Source: an uncultured Brachyspira sp. (GTDB lineage Bacteria > Spirochaetota > Brachyspiria > Brachyspirales > Brachyspiraceae). Taken from it: DNA of 64,000 bases. The stretch covers positions 34,372 through 98,371 of the forward strand of contig NZ_CAJUPR010000002.1 in the NCBI RefSeq assembly GCF_910588665.1, written 5' to 3'. Below the pieces are notes generated by a model. The model made no database searches and was not told where the DNA came from. It worked only from the letters and a program-made list of their open reading frames with translations. Below are positions 52,553-64,000 of the stretch, piece after piece; position 1 is the stretch's first letter; every line of letters begins with the position of its first letter. Position numbers and translations under genes: made by a program.

Positions 52553-52823
52553 AAATATTACTCCTGACAAATTAGCATTAAAAATTAATTTTAGATTAGT
52601 GAATACAATAATAGTATATGATTTAAATTTTTATATGTCAAATATTTTCGTATTTTCTATTTAATAAAATATATCATAAATGAAATATACTTTATATGGG
52701 TAAAATAATAATAATTAATTTGACTTTTATCTTTTTTATAGTACAATATATATATATTGGTAGTATATAATATTAATGTTTATTCCCAAAATCTCATTAT
52801 AATTAAATAAAGGAGAAAAAATC

Positions 52824-53858
52824 GTGAAACTCCCAAAAGTCAATGATTTAGGCTTTTTCGAGATTCGTCTCGAAAGTATAGGCGGAATGGGTGCTAATAG
52901 TGCAGGTAAAATGCTTGCAGAAGTAGGCGTTTTAACTCAAGGCTTCTATGGCGCAACATTCTCAAGTTATGGTTCAGAAAAGAAAGGTTCGCCCGTTAAA
53001 TCTTTTGTAAGATTTTCTGATTCGGAAGTTAGGGTAAACTCTACTGTAGAGGAGCCTCATGTTGTTGCAGTGTTCCATATGAATCTTCTTAAGAACCCTA
53101 TGACATTAATGGGTGTTAAAGAAGACGCCATTGTTATTTTTAACACTAATAAAACACCCGATGAGGCAAGAGAATTTGCCAAATTACATGGCGGTAAAGT
53201 AGTCTGCGTTGATGCCATTAAAATTGCCAACGATTTAAAGCTTCCTTCTCAGGCGGCTAATACTATAATAATGGGTGCTATGGTTAAGCAGCTTGATTTT
53301 ATAGATTCCGTTAAATTTGAAGAGCAAATCAGAAAGCAGTTCTCAGGAAAAAAACCTGAATTGGTAGAGCCGAATGTTGAAGCTTTCAGAAGAGGCGGAA
53401 GCGATTCCGTTGTTAAAGATTTCTCTGCAGATGGAAAATATCCTTATATACCTTATAAAAAACCTGAGCCTGTATACGGTAAAAAAAATCAATTAACAGG
53501 CGGCTATATTAATGCAGCTGGAAACTCTACTTTAAAAGATCTTCAGGTAACCCGTACAGGTGCTATTCCAGTATTCAATCCTAAAAACTGTATTGACTGT
53601 GCTAACTGCGAAGTTGTATGTCCTGATCTATGCATAGTATGGGAGAGAGGAGCCGACAGAAAAGATCCTAAGAAAACAGCAATGAATATGATGGGTATCG
53701 ATTATCAATACTGTAAAGGCTGTTTGAAATGCGTCAGAGCCTGTCCTAAAGGACCTTATGCTCCTAAACAGTTCCCTAAAGAAGAACAAGCTTTAAGAAT
53801 AGAAACAGAAGCAGAATGTAATGTTGATGAACTTACATACAGCCGTTATAAAAAATAA
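52824..53858 (+). CDS. Pyruvate/2-oxoacid:ferredoxin oxidoreductase, fused gamma+delta subunit
   Basis: ESIGGMGA and YGSEKKGSPV, plus C-terminal CIDCANCEVVCP and CKGCLKCVRACP. Confidence 0.92.
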   Translation: MKLPKVNDLGFFEIRLESIGGMGANSAGKMLAEVGVLTQGFYGATFSSYGSEKKGSPVKSFVRFSDSEVRVNSTVEEPHVVAVFHMNLLKNPMTLMGVKEDAIVIFNTNKTPDEAREFAKLHGGKVVCVDAIKIANDLKLPSQAANTIIMGAMVKQLDFIDSVKFEEQIRKQFSGKKPELVEPNVEAFRRGGSDSVVKDFSADGKYPYIPYKKPEPVYGKKNQLTGGYINAAGNSTLKDLQVTRTGAIPVFNPKNCIDCANCEVVCPDLCIVWERGADRKDPKKTAMNMMGIDYQYCKGCLKCVRACPKGPYAPKQFPKEEQALRIETEAECNVDELTYSRYKK

Positions 53859-53872
53859 TAAGGAGCGTATAA

Positions 53873-56137
53873 ATGGCTAACAAATATAATCTTGCTGAAC
53901 AAGAAAACATACTTGAAAGTGGTAATGAATTAGCAGCCATTGCAGCCGCTCAAATCAATTATCATGTTATGGGGTATTACCCAATTACTCCGTCCACTCA
54001 GATTGCAGAGTATTTGGACGAGATGAAAGCTAACGGAAGACATACGGTTTGTATGATTCCCGGAGACGGAGAGCATGGAGCTGCAGGTATATGCTATGGT
54101 GCCACAACCGCAGGAGGAAGAGTATTCAATGCCACTTCCGCCAATGGTCTTCTTTTTGCTATGGAGCAGCTGCCCGTACAATCAGGCACAAGATTCCCTA
54201 TGGTATTAAATGTTGTAAACAGAACTGTTTCAGGTCCGCTTGATATTAAATGCGATCAATCAGATATAATGATGGCGCTTAACACAGGCTGGATTATCAT
54301 TATGGCTCATACCACTCAAATGGTTTATGACTTTAATATTTTTGCTTTAAAAATTGCAGAAAGAGCTAAACTTCCTATAATAGTTTCTTCCGACGGATTC
54401 TTTACATCTCATCAAAAGAAAAAAATAAATCTTTTCAAAAATGATAAAGATGTTCAGGATTTCTTAGGAACCTATACTCCTGAAGTTACCTCAATTGAGC
54501 CCGGAAAAAATCCTGTTACAATCGGACCTTATATGAATGAAGATGAATTAACTGGAAGCAAACTGCAGCTTTCTCAGGCTTTAGAAGATTCCCGAGCTAT
54601 TATATTAGATGTATTTGAGGAATTTGCATCTCTTTCAGGAAGAAAATACAGCCCTATAGAAACATATAATATGGAAGGAGCCGAAGTAGCCGTAATGGTA
54701 TGCGGATCTGCTTATGAAACTGTTACTTTAGCTGTTGATGAAATGAAGAAAGTTAATCCTAATCTTAAAATAGGTGCTTTTGCTGTTACTCAGATTCGTC
54801 CTTTCCCTGAAAAAGAATTACAAAAACTGCTTTCAAATGTAAAAGTTGTTGTTGTAGGAGACAGACAAGATAGTTATTCAGGTATGGGCGGAAATATGTC
54901 CACTGAAATAAGAGCAGCTCTTAAAAACGATGCAGATAATAAAACTTCTATTGTAAGCAGAGTATTCGGTTTAGGAGGCACTGAGTTTACTTTAGAAAAA
55001 GCTAAAGAATTATTTGAATTAGGCTTAAAAGAATTTGCTAAATCAGGATCGGTTGAAAAACATTCTTATTTAGAGCAGTATATGGGACATGAAGGCGTGG
55101 AAATGAAGCCTATACATGAACCTCTTACTTTAGAAAGCCAGAAATCGGGCATAGTTGTTACTATGAATGAACAGACTCATAAGCTTGAAGTTAAAACTCC
55201 TCCTTTAAGAGAACTTACAGGAAAGGCTTATCGTTATGCTCAAGGTCATGGAGCTTGTAACGGATGCGGTATTTTCTCAGGCATAAATACTTTTATGAAA
55301 GGTATTGAAGGCGAAGTTGTGCTTTTGGTGCATACAGGCTGTTCTATGGTTGTTACAACAGGCTATCCTTACAGCTCTTACAGAACTACTTATGTTCACA
55401 ATCTATTCCAAAACGGCGCCGCAGCTCTTTCAGGTATTGTTGAAATGTATTATGAAAGAAAAAGAAGAGGAGAAATACAAGGACCTGAAGATCCTACTTT
55501 CATAATGATTACAGGCGACGGAGGTCATGATATAGGTATGGGACCTTCTATAGGAGCCGCTATTAGAAATCATAAAATGATTATATTAGAATATGATAAT
55601 GAAGGATATATGAATACAGGAAACCAATTATCATTCTCAACTCCTATAGGACATAGAACTTCAACTTCAAATGTAGGTAAAGCAGAAGTAGGAAAGCAGT
55701 TCAATCATAAAGATGTAGCTCAGATATTTGCAGGATGTCATATACCTTATGTGGCTACAGGATGCGAAGCTTATCCTTTAGATTTAGTTAAAAAAGCTGC
55801 TAAAGCTCAATGGTATGCAAATAATCATGGTACTGCTTTTGTTAAGCTTCTTATCGCATGTCCTTTAAACTGGAAATCTCCTGATGATATGGGTAAAGAT
55901 GTTATAAAAGCTGCCGTTGATTGCTGTTTCTTCCCGCTATATGAAGTAGAGCATGGCATTACCACTATTACAACTATGGTAGCCGATGATAAAAAACAGC
56001 CTGTAGGCGAATGGCTTAAAATGATGGGTAAAACTAAACATATACTTAAATATCAGGATTTGCTTGACTCCTTCCAAAAAGAAGTTGACAGGAGATGGAA
56101 CCGCTTAAAAGCTATGCATGAAAGTCCTGTTCTATAA
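53873..56137 (+). CDS. Pyruvate/2-oxoacid:ferredoxin oxidoreductase, fused alpha+beta subunit
   Basis: YPITPST in the alpha part. GHGACNGCG and GDGG..DIG..DNEGYMNTG (TPP motif) in the beta part. Confidence 0.92.
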   Translation: MANKYNLAEQENILESGNELAAIAAAQINYHVMGYYPITPSTQIAEYLDEMKANGRHTVCMIPGDGEHGAAGICYGATTAGGRVFNATSANGLLFAMEQLPVQSGTRFPMVLNVVNRTVSGPLDIKCDQSDIMMALNTGWIIIMAHTTQMVYDFNIFALKIAERAKLPIIVSSDGFFTSHQKKKINLFKNDKDVQDFLGTYTPEVTSIEPGKNPVTIGPYMNEDELTGSKLQLSQALEDSRAIILDVFEEFASLSGRKYSPIETYNMEGAEVAVMVCGSAYETVTLAVDEMKKVNPNLKIGAFAVTQIRPFPEKELQKLLSNVKVVVVGDRQDSYSGMGGNMSTEIRAALKNDADNKTSIVSRVFGLGGTEFTLEKAKELFELGLKEFAKSGSVEKHSYLEQYMGHEGVEMKPIHEPLTLESQKSGIVVTMNEQTHKLEVKTPPLRELTGKAYRYAQGHGACNGCGIFSGINTFMKGIEGEVVLLVHTGCSMVVTTGYPYSSYRTTYVHNLFQNGAAALSGIVEMYYERKRRGEIQGPEDPTFIMITGDGGHDIGMGPSIGAAIRNHKMIILEYDNEGYMNTGNQLSFSTPIGHRTSTSNVGKAEVGKQFNHKDVAQIFAGCHIPYVATGCEAYPLDLVKKAAKAQWYANNHGTAFVKLLIACPLNWKSPDDMGKDVIKAAVDCCFFPLYEVEHGITTITTMVADDKKQPVGEWLKMMGKTKHILKYQDLLDSFQKEVDRRWNRLKAMHESPVL

Positions 56138-56164
56138 AAGTTCAGCATAGGATATAAATATATC

Positions 56165-56207
56165 AATAACGGCTGTTAATCTTTATGGTTAGCAGCCGTT
56201 ATTTTTT
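56165..56207 (+). terminator. Intrinsic terminator
   Basis: aataacggctgttaat...ggttagcagccgttatt followed by Ts. Confidence 0.85.
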
Positions 56208-56523
56208 AATTTATAAAGATATAATCATAATACTATCAATTTTTTATAACTATATTATTATAGCTATAATATTAAAAAAATATTAACAGGATAAATATTC
56301 AAAAAAGTCGGTATGAATAAATTTAATTCTAATAATATAAATTTAAACGAAACGGAAGCTGTATAAAGCTTTGATTAATAATTATGTATTATTTTTTAAG
56401 TAATACCTATTTTTTTATATTAAAATATTATTAATTGACTTATTTTAATTTTTAGTTATTATTTCTATATAAATATTTTATATACTAAAATAAAAATTAA
56501 AACAATCATGCAAGGAGGTAAAT

Positions 56524-56760
56524 ATGGCTAAAGGCAGAGTTACTATTGACAGCGAACAATGTAAAGGATGTTCTAATTGTATATCTGTTTGTCCAGCAAA
56601 AATATTATATTTAGATAAAAAAAATATGAATTCTTGGGGATATTATCCCGCTGCAGTTACCGATATGGAAAAATGTATAGGGTGTGCTAACTGCGCTATG
56701 ATGTGCCCTGATATATGCATAATGGTTGAAAGGATTGATAAGAAGGAGGAAAATAAATAA
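56524..56760 (+). CDS. 2x[4Fe-4S] ferredoxin (oxidoreductase delta subunit)
   Basis: CKGCSNCISVCP and CIGCANCAMMCPD. Confidence 0.93.
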   Translation: MAKGRVTIDSEQCKGCSNCISVCPAKILYLDKKNMNSWGYYPAAVTDMEKCIGCANCAMMCPDICIMVERIDKKEENK

Positions 56761-57818
56761 TGGCTAAAACTTTAATGAAAGGAAATGAAGCTATGGCTCA
56801 AGCTGCTATAGCGGCAGGCTGCAAATGTTTCTTTGGCTATCCTATTACGCCTCAAAACGAGATACCCGAGTTTATGTCAAAAGCTATGTATGAATCCGGA
56901 GGCGCATTTGTTCAGGCTGAAAGCGAGGTTGCAGCTATTAATATGGTTTACGGCGCAGGCGGTGCAGGTGTCAGGGCTATGACCTCTTCATCTTCGCCAG
57001 GAATAGCTTTAAAGCAGGAAGGCATATCATATCTTGCAGGCGCAGAAGTTCCAGCCGTAATACTTAATGTTATGAGAGGGGGGCCTGGTCTTGGAAGCAT
57101 ACAGCCAGCTCAAAGCGATTATAATATGATGACTAAAGGAGGAGGAGATGGTGATTATAACTGCATAGTTTTAGCGCCCGCTAATTTACAGGAGGCAGCC
57201 GATATGATAATGGAGGCTTTCGATTTAGCTGATAATTACAGAACTCCCGTATATGTTGCAGCTGACGGATATATAGGTCAGATGATGGAGCCTGTAGAAA
57301 TTATTTATAAGCCTAAATATGAAATTAAAGAAAAAGACTGGGCTGCCTGCGGAAAAAGAGGAAAAAAAAGAGAGAAAAATATAATTAATTCACTATATTT
57401 AGAACCTGAATTATTGTATGAACATAATATACATCTGCAGAAAAAATATGATGAAATAAAAGAGAAAGAAGCCAGAGCTGAAAAATATAATACTGAAGAT
57501 GCCGAAATTATATTTGTTTCCTACGGTACTATGTCCAGAATCGTGCGCGGCGTTGTTGACAGACTTAGAAGCGAAGACAAAAAAGCCGGAATGATTCGTC
57601 CTCAGACTTTATGGCCTTTTCCTGTAAAAGCTTTTAATAATCCAAATTGTAAAATGTATGTATCTATAGAGATGAGTATGGGACAGATGGCTGATGATAT
57701 AAAGCTGGCATGCGAATGCAAGACAGATGTAAAATTTTATGGTAAAGCAGGGGGATTAGTTCCAACTTCTAATGAAATAATAGATAATGTCAAAGCTTTT
57801 GCTGGAGGTCTCATATGA
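56760..57818 (+). CDS. vorB: 2-oxoacid:ferredoxin oxidoreductase alpha subunit (VorB type)
   Basis: KGNEAMA, GYPITPQ, QAESEVAA, TSSSSPG and RGGPGLG. Confidence 0.85.
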   Translation: MAKTLMKGNEAMAQAAIAAGCKCFFGYPITPQNEIPEFMSKAMYESGGAFVQAESEVAAINMVYGAGGAGVRAMTSSSSPGIALKQEGISYLAGAEVPAVILNVMRGGPGLGSIQPAQSDYNMMTKGGGDGDYNCIVLAPANLQEAADMIMEAFDLADNYRTPVYVAADGYIGQMMEPVEIIYKPKYEIKEKDWAACGKRGKKREKNIINSLYLEPELLYEHNIHLQKKYDEIKEKEARAEKYNTEDAEIIFVSYGTMSRIVRGVVDRLRSEDKKAGMIRPQTLWPFPVKAFNNPNCKMYVSIEMSMGQMADDIKLACECKTDVKFYGKAGGLVPTSNEIIDNVKAFAGGLI

Positions 57819-58549
57819 TAGTATTTGAAAAATCTAAAGGATTAAGCGATTACAGAACTCATTACTGCCCTGGATGTATGCATGGCACAGCGCAGAGAAT
57901 AATAGCCGAATGTTTGGAGGAACTTGAAGTATTGGATAGAACTGTAGGTATAGCCTCCGTAGGATGCAGCGTACTTGCTTATAAGTACTTTTCATGCGAT
58001 ATGCAGCAGGCGGCGCATGGAAGAGCTCCTGCGGTTGCAACAGGAATAAAAAGAGCTGTTTCTGACAGTATTGTATTTACGCTTCAGGGAGACGGAGATT
58101 TAGCGGCTATAGGTACTGCCGAAATAATACATGCGGCGGCGAGAAGCGAAAATATTACAGTAGTATTTTTAAATAATGCTATTTATGGTATGACAGGCGG
58201 GCAAATGGCGCCCACCACTTTGGAAGGACAAAAAACTACCACAACTCAGGCAGGAAGAGATTTCCACAATGCAGGAAAGCCTATAAGAGTATGCGAAATG
58301 CTTGCCACCATAGAAGGGGCTTCTTTTGTTGAAAGGGTTTCTTTAGACAGTCCTGCAAATATCAGAAAAGCTAAAATGGCTGCTAAAAAAGCTTTTGAAA
58401 ATCAGATTGCAGGAAAAGGGTTTTCTATAGTGGAAATGCTTACCAGCTGCACTACAAATTGGGGAATATCTCCTGAAAATTCGCATAAATGGATAAGAGA
58501 TTATATGATTCCTTATTATCCGCTTGGTAATTTTAGAAATGATGTTTAA
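57815..58549 (+). CDS. 2-oxoacid:ferredoxin oxidoreductase beta (TPP-binding) subunit
   Basis: HYCPGC, HGRAPAVATG, QGDGD and NNAIYGMTGGQ. Confidence 0.92.
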   Translation: MIVFEKSKGLSDYRTHYCPGCMHGTAQRIIAECLEELEVLDRTVGIASVGCSVLAYKYFSCDMQQAAHGRAPAVATGIKRAVSDSIVFTLQGDGDLAAIGTAEIIHAAARSENITVVFLNNAIYGMTGGQMAPTTLEGQKTTTTQAGRDFHNAGKPIRVCEMLATIEGASFVERVSLDSPANIRKAKMAAKKAFENQIAGKGFSIVEMLTSCTTNWGISPENSHKWIRDYMIPYYPLGNFRNDV

Positions 58550-58561
58550 AAAGGAGTATTT

Positions 58562-59113
58562 ATGAGCATAGAAAGAATAATTTTTGCAGGGTTTGGAGGT
58601 CAGGGAGTTATGTCTATGGGACAGATGATAGCTTATGCAGGAATGATTGAAAATAAACATGTTACTTGGTGCCCTTCTTACGGTCCGGAAATGAGAGGCG
58701 GTACAGCAAATTGCTCTGTTGTTATAAGCGATGAGCTTGTAGGTTCTCCTATTATTTCTCATGATGCCAATGCGGCTGTTATAATGAATCTTCCTTCTCT
58801 TACTAAATTTGAAAAAGATATTTTACCTAACGGAATACTTCTTGTAAATTCATCTCTTATAGATAAAAAGGCGTCCAGATACGATATAAAAGCAGCTTAT
58901 GTTGAAGCTAATAAAATAGCATCGGATATAGGAAATATTAAGTCTGCCAATATGGTAATGCTCGGAGCTTTGCTTACTTTACATAAGGTTGTATCATTTG
59001 ACAGTGTTCAGCAGGCATTTATAAAAGTATTTGGTGAAAGAAAAAAAGAGTTTTTACCGTCTAATGAAAAAGCTTTAAATGCAGGAAGAGATGCTGTAAA
59101 AGATTTAGCATAA
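58562..59113 (+). CDS. 2-oxoacid:ferredoxin oxidoreductase gamma subunit
   Basis: AGFGGQG, SYGPEMRGG and NMVMLGA. Confidence 0.92.
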   Translation: MSIERIIFAGFGGQGVMSMGQMIAYAGMIENKHVTWCPSYGPEMRGGTANCSVVISDELVGSPIISHDANAAVIMNLPSLTKFEKDILPNGILLVNSSLIDKKASRYDIKAAYVEANKIASDIGNIKSANMVMLGALLTLHKVVSFDSVQQAFIKVFGERKKEFLPSNEKALNAGRDAVKDLA

Positions 59114-59268
59114 TAAAAACTGCAGGATTTAAATAATAATACTTTTTTAGATGCAAAAATAAAAAATATTTATTTTTTAAACACTTTTTTAAAAAATTTA
59201 TTATATTAAACATATAAGTTTGATTCATATCTAATTTTATAAATTTTTTTCTTCATAATTTACCTTAG

Positions 59269-59302
59269 TAGCGGATATACTTGCTTATATCCGCTTATTT
59301 TT
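59269..59302 (+). terminator. Intrinsic terminator-like hairpin
   Basis: agcggatata-cttgct-tatatccgct followed by tatttt. Confidence 0.7.
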
Positions 59303-59340
59303 ATAATATTCTATATTTTTAATAAAAATCCAAAGAATTC

Positions 59341-59396
59341 AAAATATTACAGCAGAAAAAAGTATAATATATATATCTCTCTGCTGCAATATTTTT
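59341..59396 (-). terminator. Long hairpin, probable purA terminator
   Basis: Minus strand AAAATATTGCAGCAGAGAGA...TTTTTCTGCTGTAATATTTT. The plus-strand mismatches become G-U pairs on the minus strand. Confidence 0.7.
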
Positions 59397-59518
59397 TAAA
59401 TAGTTTAGGAGGATTTCCAAAAGCATTATACATATTATAATATTTTAATAACTTTGAAGCGTTTGTTATATGCATATTTACTTCTTAATTAAATATTATT
59501 AAAATTTTACAATACGGC

Positions 59519-60808
<1,290 letters not shown>

Positions 60809-60973
60809 TTACTCCTTTAATTTGCTGTTATAAAACGCACAATTGCTATTATATTAATATTTTTTGATAATTTCAAGCAGATTGAATAGAAATTAATAAT
60901 AATTAAACAGCAGAAAATTTATTTTTAATTATAATCTTTTACTGCTTCTTAAAGCTGATGCATTAAAAAAATA

Positions 60974-61010
60974 AAAAAAGCCTCTCTATAATAAATATAA
61001 AAAGGCTTTT
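60974..61010 (-). terminator. Probable aspS terminator
   Basis: aaaagcct...aggctttt stem with a T run on the minus strand. Confidence 0.6.
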
Positions 61011-61030
61011 AATTAATTTATAAATTAAAA

Positions 61031-62794
61031 TTATTCTTCAATTTTTAAATGCAGCTCTTCCAATTGTTCTTCATCAACAGAAGCAGGACATCCGCTCATT
61101 AAGCACTGACCTTTCTGTGTTTTAGGGAATGCTATAACTTCTCTGATGCTGTCTTCTTTCTGCAAAAGCATAACAATTCTGTCTATTCCGTAAGCTATGC
61201 CGCACATAGGAGGAGCTCCGTATTTCAAAGCATCAAGAAGAAACCCGAATCTTGTTTTTGCCTTCTCTTCATCTATGCCGAGCAGATTAAATATTTTAGC
61301 CTGCATTTTGCTGTCATATATACGCTGACCGCCGCCGCCTATTTCATTTCCGTTTAATACCAAATCATAAGTATCGCTTCTTACTTTAAGTGCATCTGCA
61401 TCAAGCAAAGCAGCATCTTCAGGCACAGGGGCTGTAAAAGGGTGATGAGTTGCAGATATTCTTTTTTCTTTATGATCATATTCAAATAAAGGAAACTCAA
61501 CAACCCATAAAAAATTTAATTTATCCTTATCTATTAAGTTTAATTTATCAGCAACTTTTAATCTTAAATTACCCAAAGCGTCATAAGTGATTTTTTTAGT
61601 ATCAGCTACAAAGAATAAAATATCGCCTTTTTCGGCTTTTGCAGTTTCTAATATTTTCTTCTGATTATCTTCTGAGAAAAATTTAACTATATTTGATTCA
61701 AGTCCCTTTTCTGTAACTCTCATCCAAGCAAGTCCTTTAGCTCCGAATATTCCAACATATTTAGTAAAATCATCAATATCTTTTCTGCTTAATTTATCGG
61801 CTCCGTCTTTGGCATTAAGGCATCTTATTATAAATTTGTTTTCTAAAGCATTTTTAAATACGGCAAAATCACAGCCTCTGACAGCCTCTTCAACATTTAT
61901 AAGTTTTAATTCAAATCTGGTATCCGGCTTATCGCTTCCATACATTTCCATAGCATCATAATAATTTAATCTCGGAAAAGGTCTTGCAATATCAATACCA
62001 TAAACATCTTTAATCATATCAGCCGTAACATTTTCCATAATAGATAAAAACTCGTCGGTGCTTAGAAAAGAAGTTTCAATATCAGCCTGAGTAAACTCGG
62101 GCTGTCTGTCTGCTCTTAAATCTTCATCACGGAAGCATTTAGCTATCTGATAGTATCTGTCAAATCCTCCTATCATAAGTATCTGCTTAAATATCTGAGG
62201 TGATTGAGGAAGAGCATAGAAATCTCCTGCATTCAGTCTTGAAGGAACAAGAAAGTCTCTTGCTCCTTCAGGAGTGCTTTTATTTAATATAGGCGTTTCC
62301 ACATCTATAAATCCGTTATCCGATAAATGTTTTCTGAAAGCATTAATAATTTGGAATCTTTTATATAAATTATTAAATACTGAAGGTCTTCTTAAATCTA
62401 AATATCTGTATTTAAGTCTTATATCTTCGCCTGTATCTATATCATCTTCAAGCAGAAAAGGCGGAGTTTCCGAAGTATTAATAAGCTCCATTTTTTCAAC
62501 CATAACTTCTATTTCGCCTGTGGGTATTTTCGGATTTATCATTTCGGCGCTTCTGGCTCTTACTTTTCCTTCTATACTTATAACATACTCGCTTCTTAAA
62601 TCCTGAGCATCATTATGCGCTTCTTTGCTTATCTCGGGATTAAATACTATCTGCACAAAACCTGTTCTGTCTCTCAAATCTGCAAATATTACTCCGCCAT
62701 GATCCCTTCTTCTTAAAATCCAGCCTGCAAGCTTTACTTCTTTACCTATATCATTTTTTGTTAATATTCCATTGTAGGCACTTTTAAAACGCAT
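61031..62794 (-). CDS. aspS: Aspartate--tRNA ligase
   Basis: RRDHGG, RLKYRYLDLRR, TPEGARDFLVP, FRDEDLRADRQPEFTQ and GAPP. Confidence 0.98.
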   Translation of the reverse strand: MRFKSAYNGILTKNDIGKEVKLAGWILRRRDHGGVIFADLRDRTGFVQIVFNPEISKEAHNDAQDLRSEYVISIEGKVRARSAEMINPKIPTGEIEVMVEKMELINTSETPPFLLEDDIDTGEDIRLKYRYLDLRRPSVFNNLYKRFQIINAFRKHLSDNGFIDVETPILNKSTPEGARDFLVPSRLNAGDFYALPQSPQIFKQILMIGGFDRYYQIAKCFRDEDLRADRQPEFTQADIETSFLSTDEFLSIMENVTADMIKDVYGIDIARPFPRLNYYDAMEMYGSDKPDTRFELKLINVEEAVRGCDFAVFKNALENKFIIRCLNAKDGADKLSRKDIDDFTKYVGIFGAKGLAWMRVTEKGLESNIVKFFSEDNQKKILETAKAEKGDILFFVADTKKITYDALGNLRLKVADKLNLIDKDKLNFLWVVEFPLFEYDHKEKRISATHHPFTAPVPEDAALLDADALKVRSDTYDLVLNGNEIGGGGQRIYDSKMQAKIFNLLGIDEEKAKTRFGFLLDALKYGAPPMCGIAYGIDRIVMLLQKEDSIREVIAFPKTQKGQCLMSGCPASVDEEQLEELHLKIEE

Positions 62795-63000
62795 ATTAAT
62801 TCCTCTTTTTAATTAGTCGTTTATTTTATTATTAAAACAAATTTATATCTTTAGAATAAATATTATATTATAAATAATTATAAAAATCAATTGTTAATTT
62901 AAAATATCAGGTTATGAATTATAAGGCTTAAATATAATAATCTTTTATTGCTGCTTACAAAAATTATAATTGTACAAAAAACTAAAGCAGAAAATTAAAA

Positions 63001-63999
63001 TTATTTTATATATAAAGTTATTTTATCTGCATTAATATTTAATTTATCTAAAACACTTATTAAAAGTTTTATTTTCGTATTAGTATCAGTATTTGTATTT
63101 ACAAAAAACTTTGATTTAGTTTCAGAGGCTTTCCAATAATTATAAGAAAATTCTTTATCGCTTATTTTATTTTTAAAAATTTTATCTTCAAATATGCGGC
63201 GTCTAAATTCGACAGAATCTTCTTCATATATTAAATTTAATATTTCGGTAAGAAATACAGCCCATTTAGAGGCATCATATTTATTATTTTTATATTCAAA
63301 AGAACATATATTCATTCCTGAAAAGTCTATACTGTCATCTAAAGAATACTCTTCTATTTCATTATTAACCCTAATTATAACTTCAGGATATTTATAATAC
63401 TCTAATAATTTATTTATTAATCTTCTGCTTCTGTTTATTATTATATTTTCATTCCAAGTTTTTAAATCTAATATATCTTCATTTAGGAATATGAATTTAC
63501 TATTTTTATACATTTTTTGTTTTTCTTCTAAAGATTTATTTGAAAGCTCAGAATTATATCCTGTAAGAGTAAGATTTCCTATTGTATTTACATATTTATC
63601 ATGAATCTCTTTATAATTATCTCCTATTAATTTTTTCCAGCTTTCCGTTAAAGTTCTAGGCATGATATGTTCTATTGTGATATTATCAGAATCTATTTTT
63701 TCTTTGCTGCTGTTTAATAATTCTAATTTTATTAAAATAAATTTTGCTAAAATAGTTTTATATACATCTTTTTCTATAATAGAATTTTCTAAATCTTTAT
63801 CATCTGGAAATTCTCCGTTTCCTTTTAAGTCAATTAAAATATTTGAAATATAGTCTTTAATAGTATTTATATCTTTCTTATTTTCAAAAAATAAATATAA
63901 TTTTTTTATTAAAGATATGCATATTTTATTTAAATCATTGGTTTTTCTGGAACATATAAGTCTTCTTAATATATAATTTTCAAGCAAATGCAGACAATC
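63001..63999 (-). CDS. C-terminal part of a GmrSD-like (DUF1524 HNH) nuclease, 5' end beyond the window
   Basis: TIEHIMP...IGNLTLT..NSELSN. The frame stays open to the window edge (DCLHLLEN...). Confidence 0.85.
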   Translation of the reverse strand, partial: DCLHLLENYILRRLICSRKTNDLNKICISLIKKLYLFFENKKDINTIKDYISNILIDLKGNGEFPDDKDLENSIIEKDVYKTILAKFILIKLELLNSSKEKIDSDNITIEHIMPRTLTESWKKLIGDNYKEIHDKYVNTIGNLTLTGYNSELSNKSLEEKQKMYKNSKFIFLNEDILDLKTWNENIIINRSRRLINKLLEYYKYPEVIIRVNNEIEEYSLDDSIDFSGMNICSFEYKNNKYDASKWAVFLTEILNLIYEEDSVEFRRRIFEDKIFKNKISDKEFSYNYWKASETKSKFFVNTNTDTNTKIKLLISVLDKLNINADKITLYIK

Positions 64000-64000
64000 A

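Overview
AT-rich spirochaete chromosomal window. The 16S sequence and a Vsp-family surface protein point to Brachyspira, but the species is not assigned. It opens with the 5' part of a minus-strand 16S rRNA gene and is mostly housekeeping: xerD, ftsQ, metG, xth, apt, lspA, two pseudouridine synthases, recJ, an FMN-riboswitch-controlled ribD-ribE-ribBA-ribH operon, two 2-oxoacid:ferredoxin oxidoreductase operons, purA and aspS. Accessory or unusual content: (1) a defence island at about 42.3-49.0 kb with a C5-MTase, NgoFVII-like REase and Vsr, a dual-specificity phosphatase, and an McrBC pair whose McrB has a non-canonical N-terminal domain, a ~225-aa insert inside the GTPase and a possible internal start; (2) a single-polypeptide kinase-phosphatase-Rnl1 RNA-repair enzyme next to a DUF4241 gene; (3) a tight operon of an initiator-like wHTH protein, a histone-like/acidic-TM-LysM protein and a CxxCxxCC protein; (4) a modular dispersed intergenic repeat family with at least 5 copies; (5) a HisC-like protein lacking the PLP lysine, a frameshifted CoA-disulfide reductase, a decayed EamA pseudogene, an orphan YehL-type MoxR ATPase, and a GmrSD-like gene at the window end with a SeqA-like tail. 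No CRISPR array, tRNA or IS transposase was seen. All family calls come from motif recognition by eye, not database searches.
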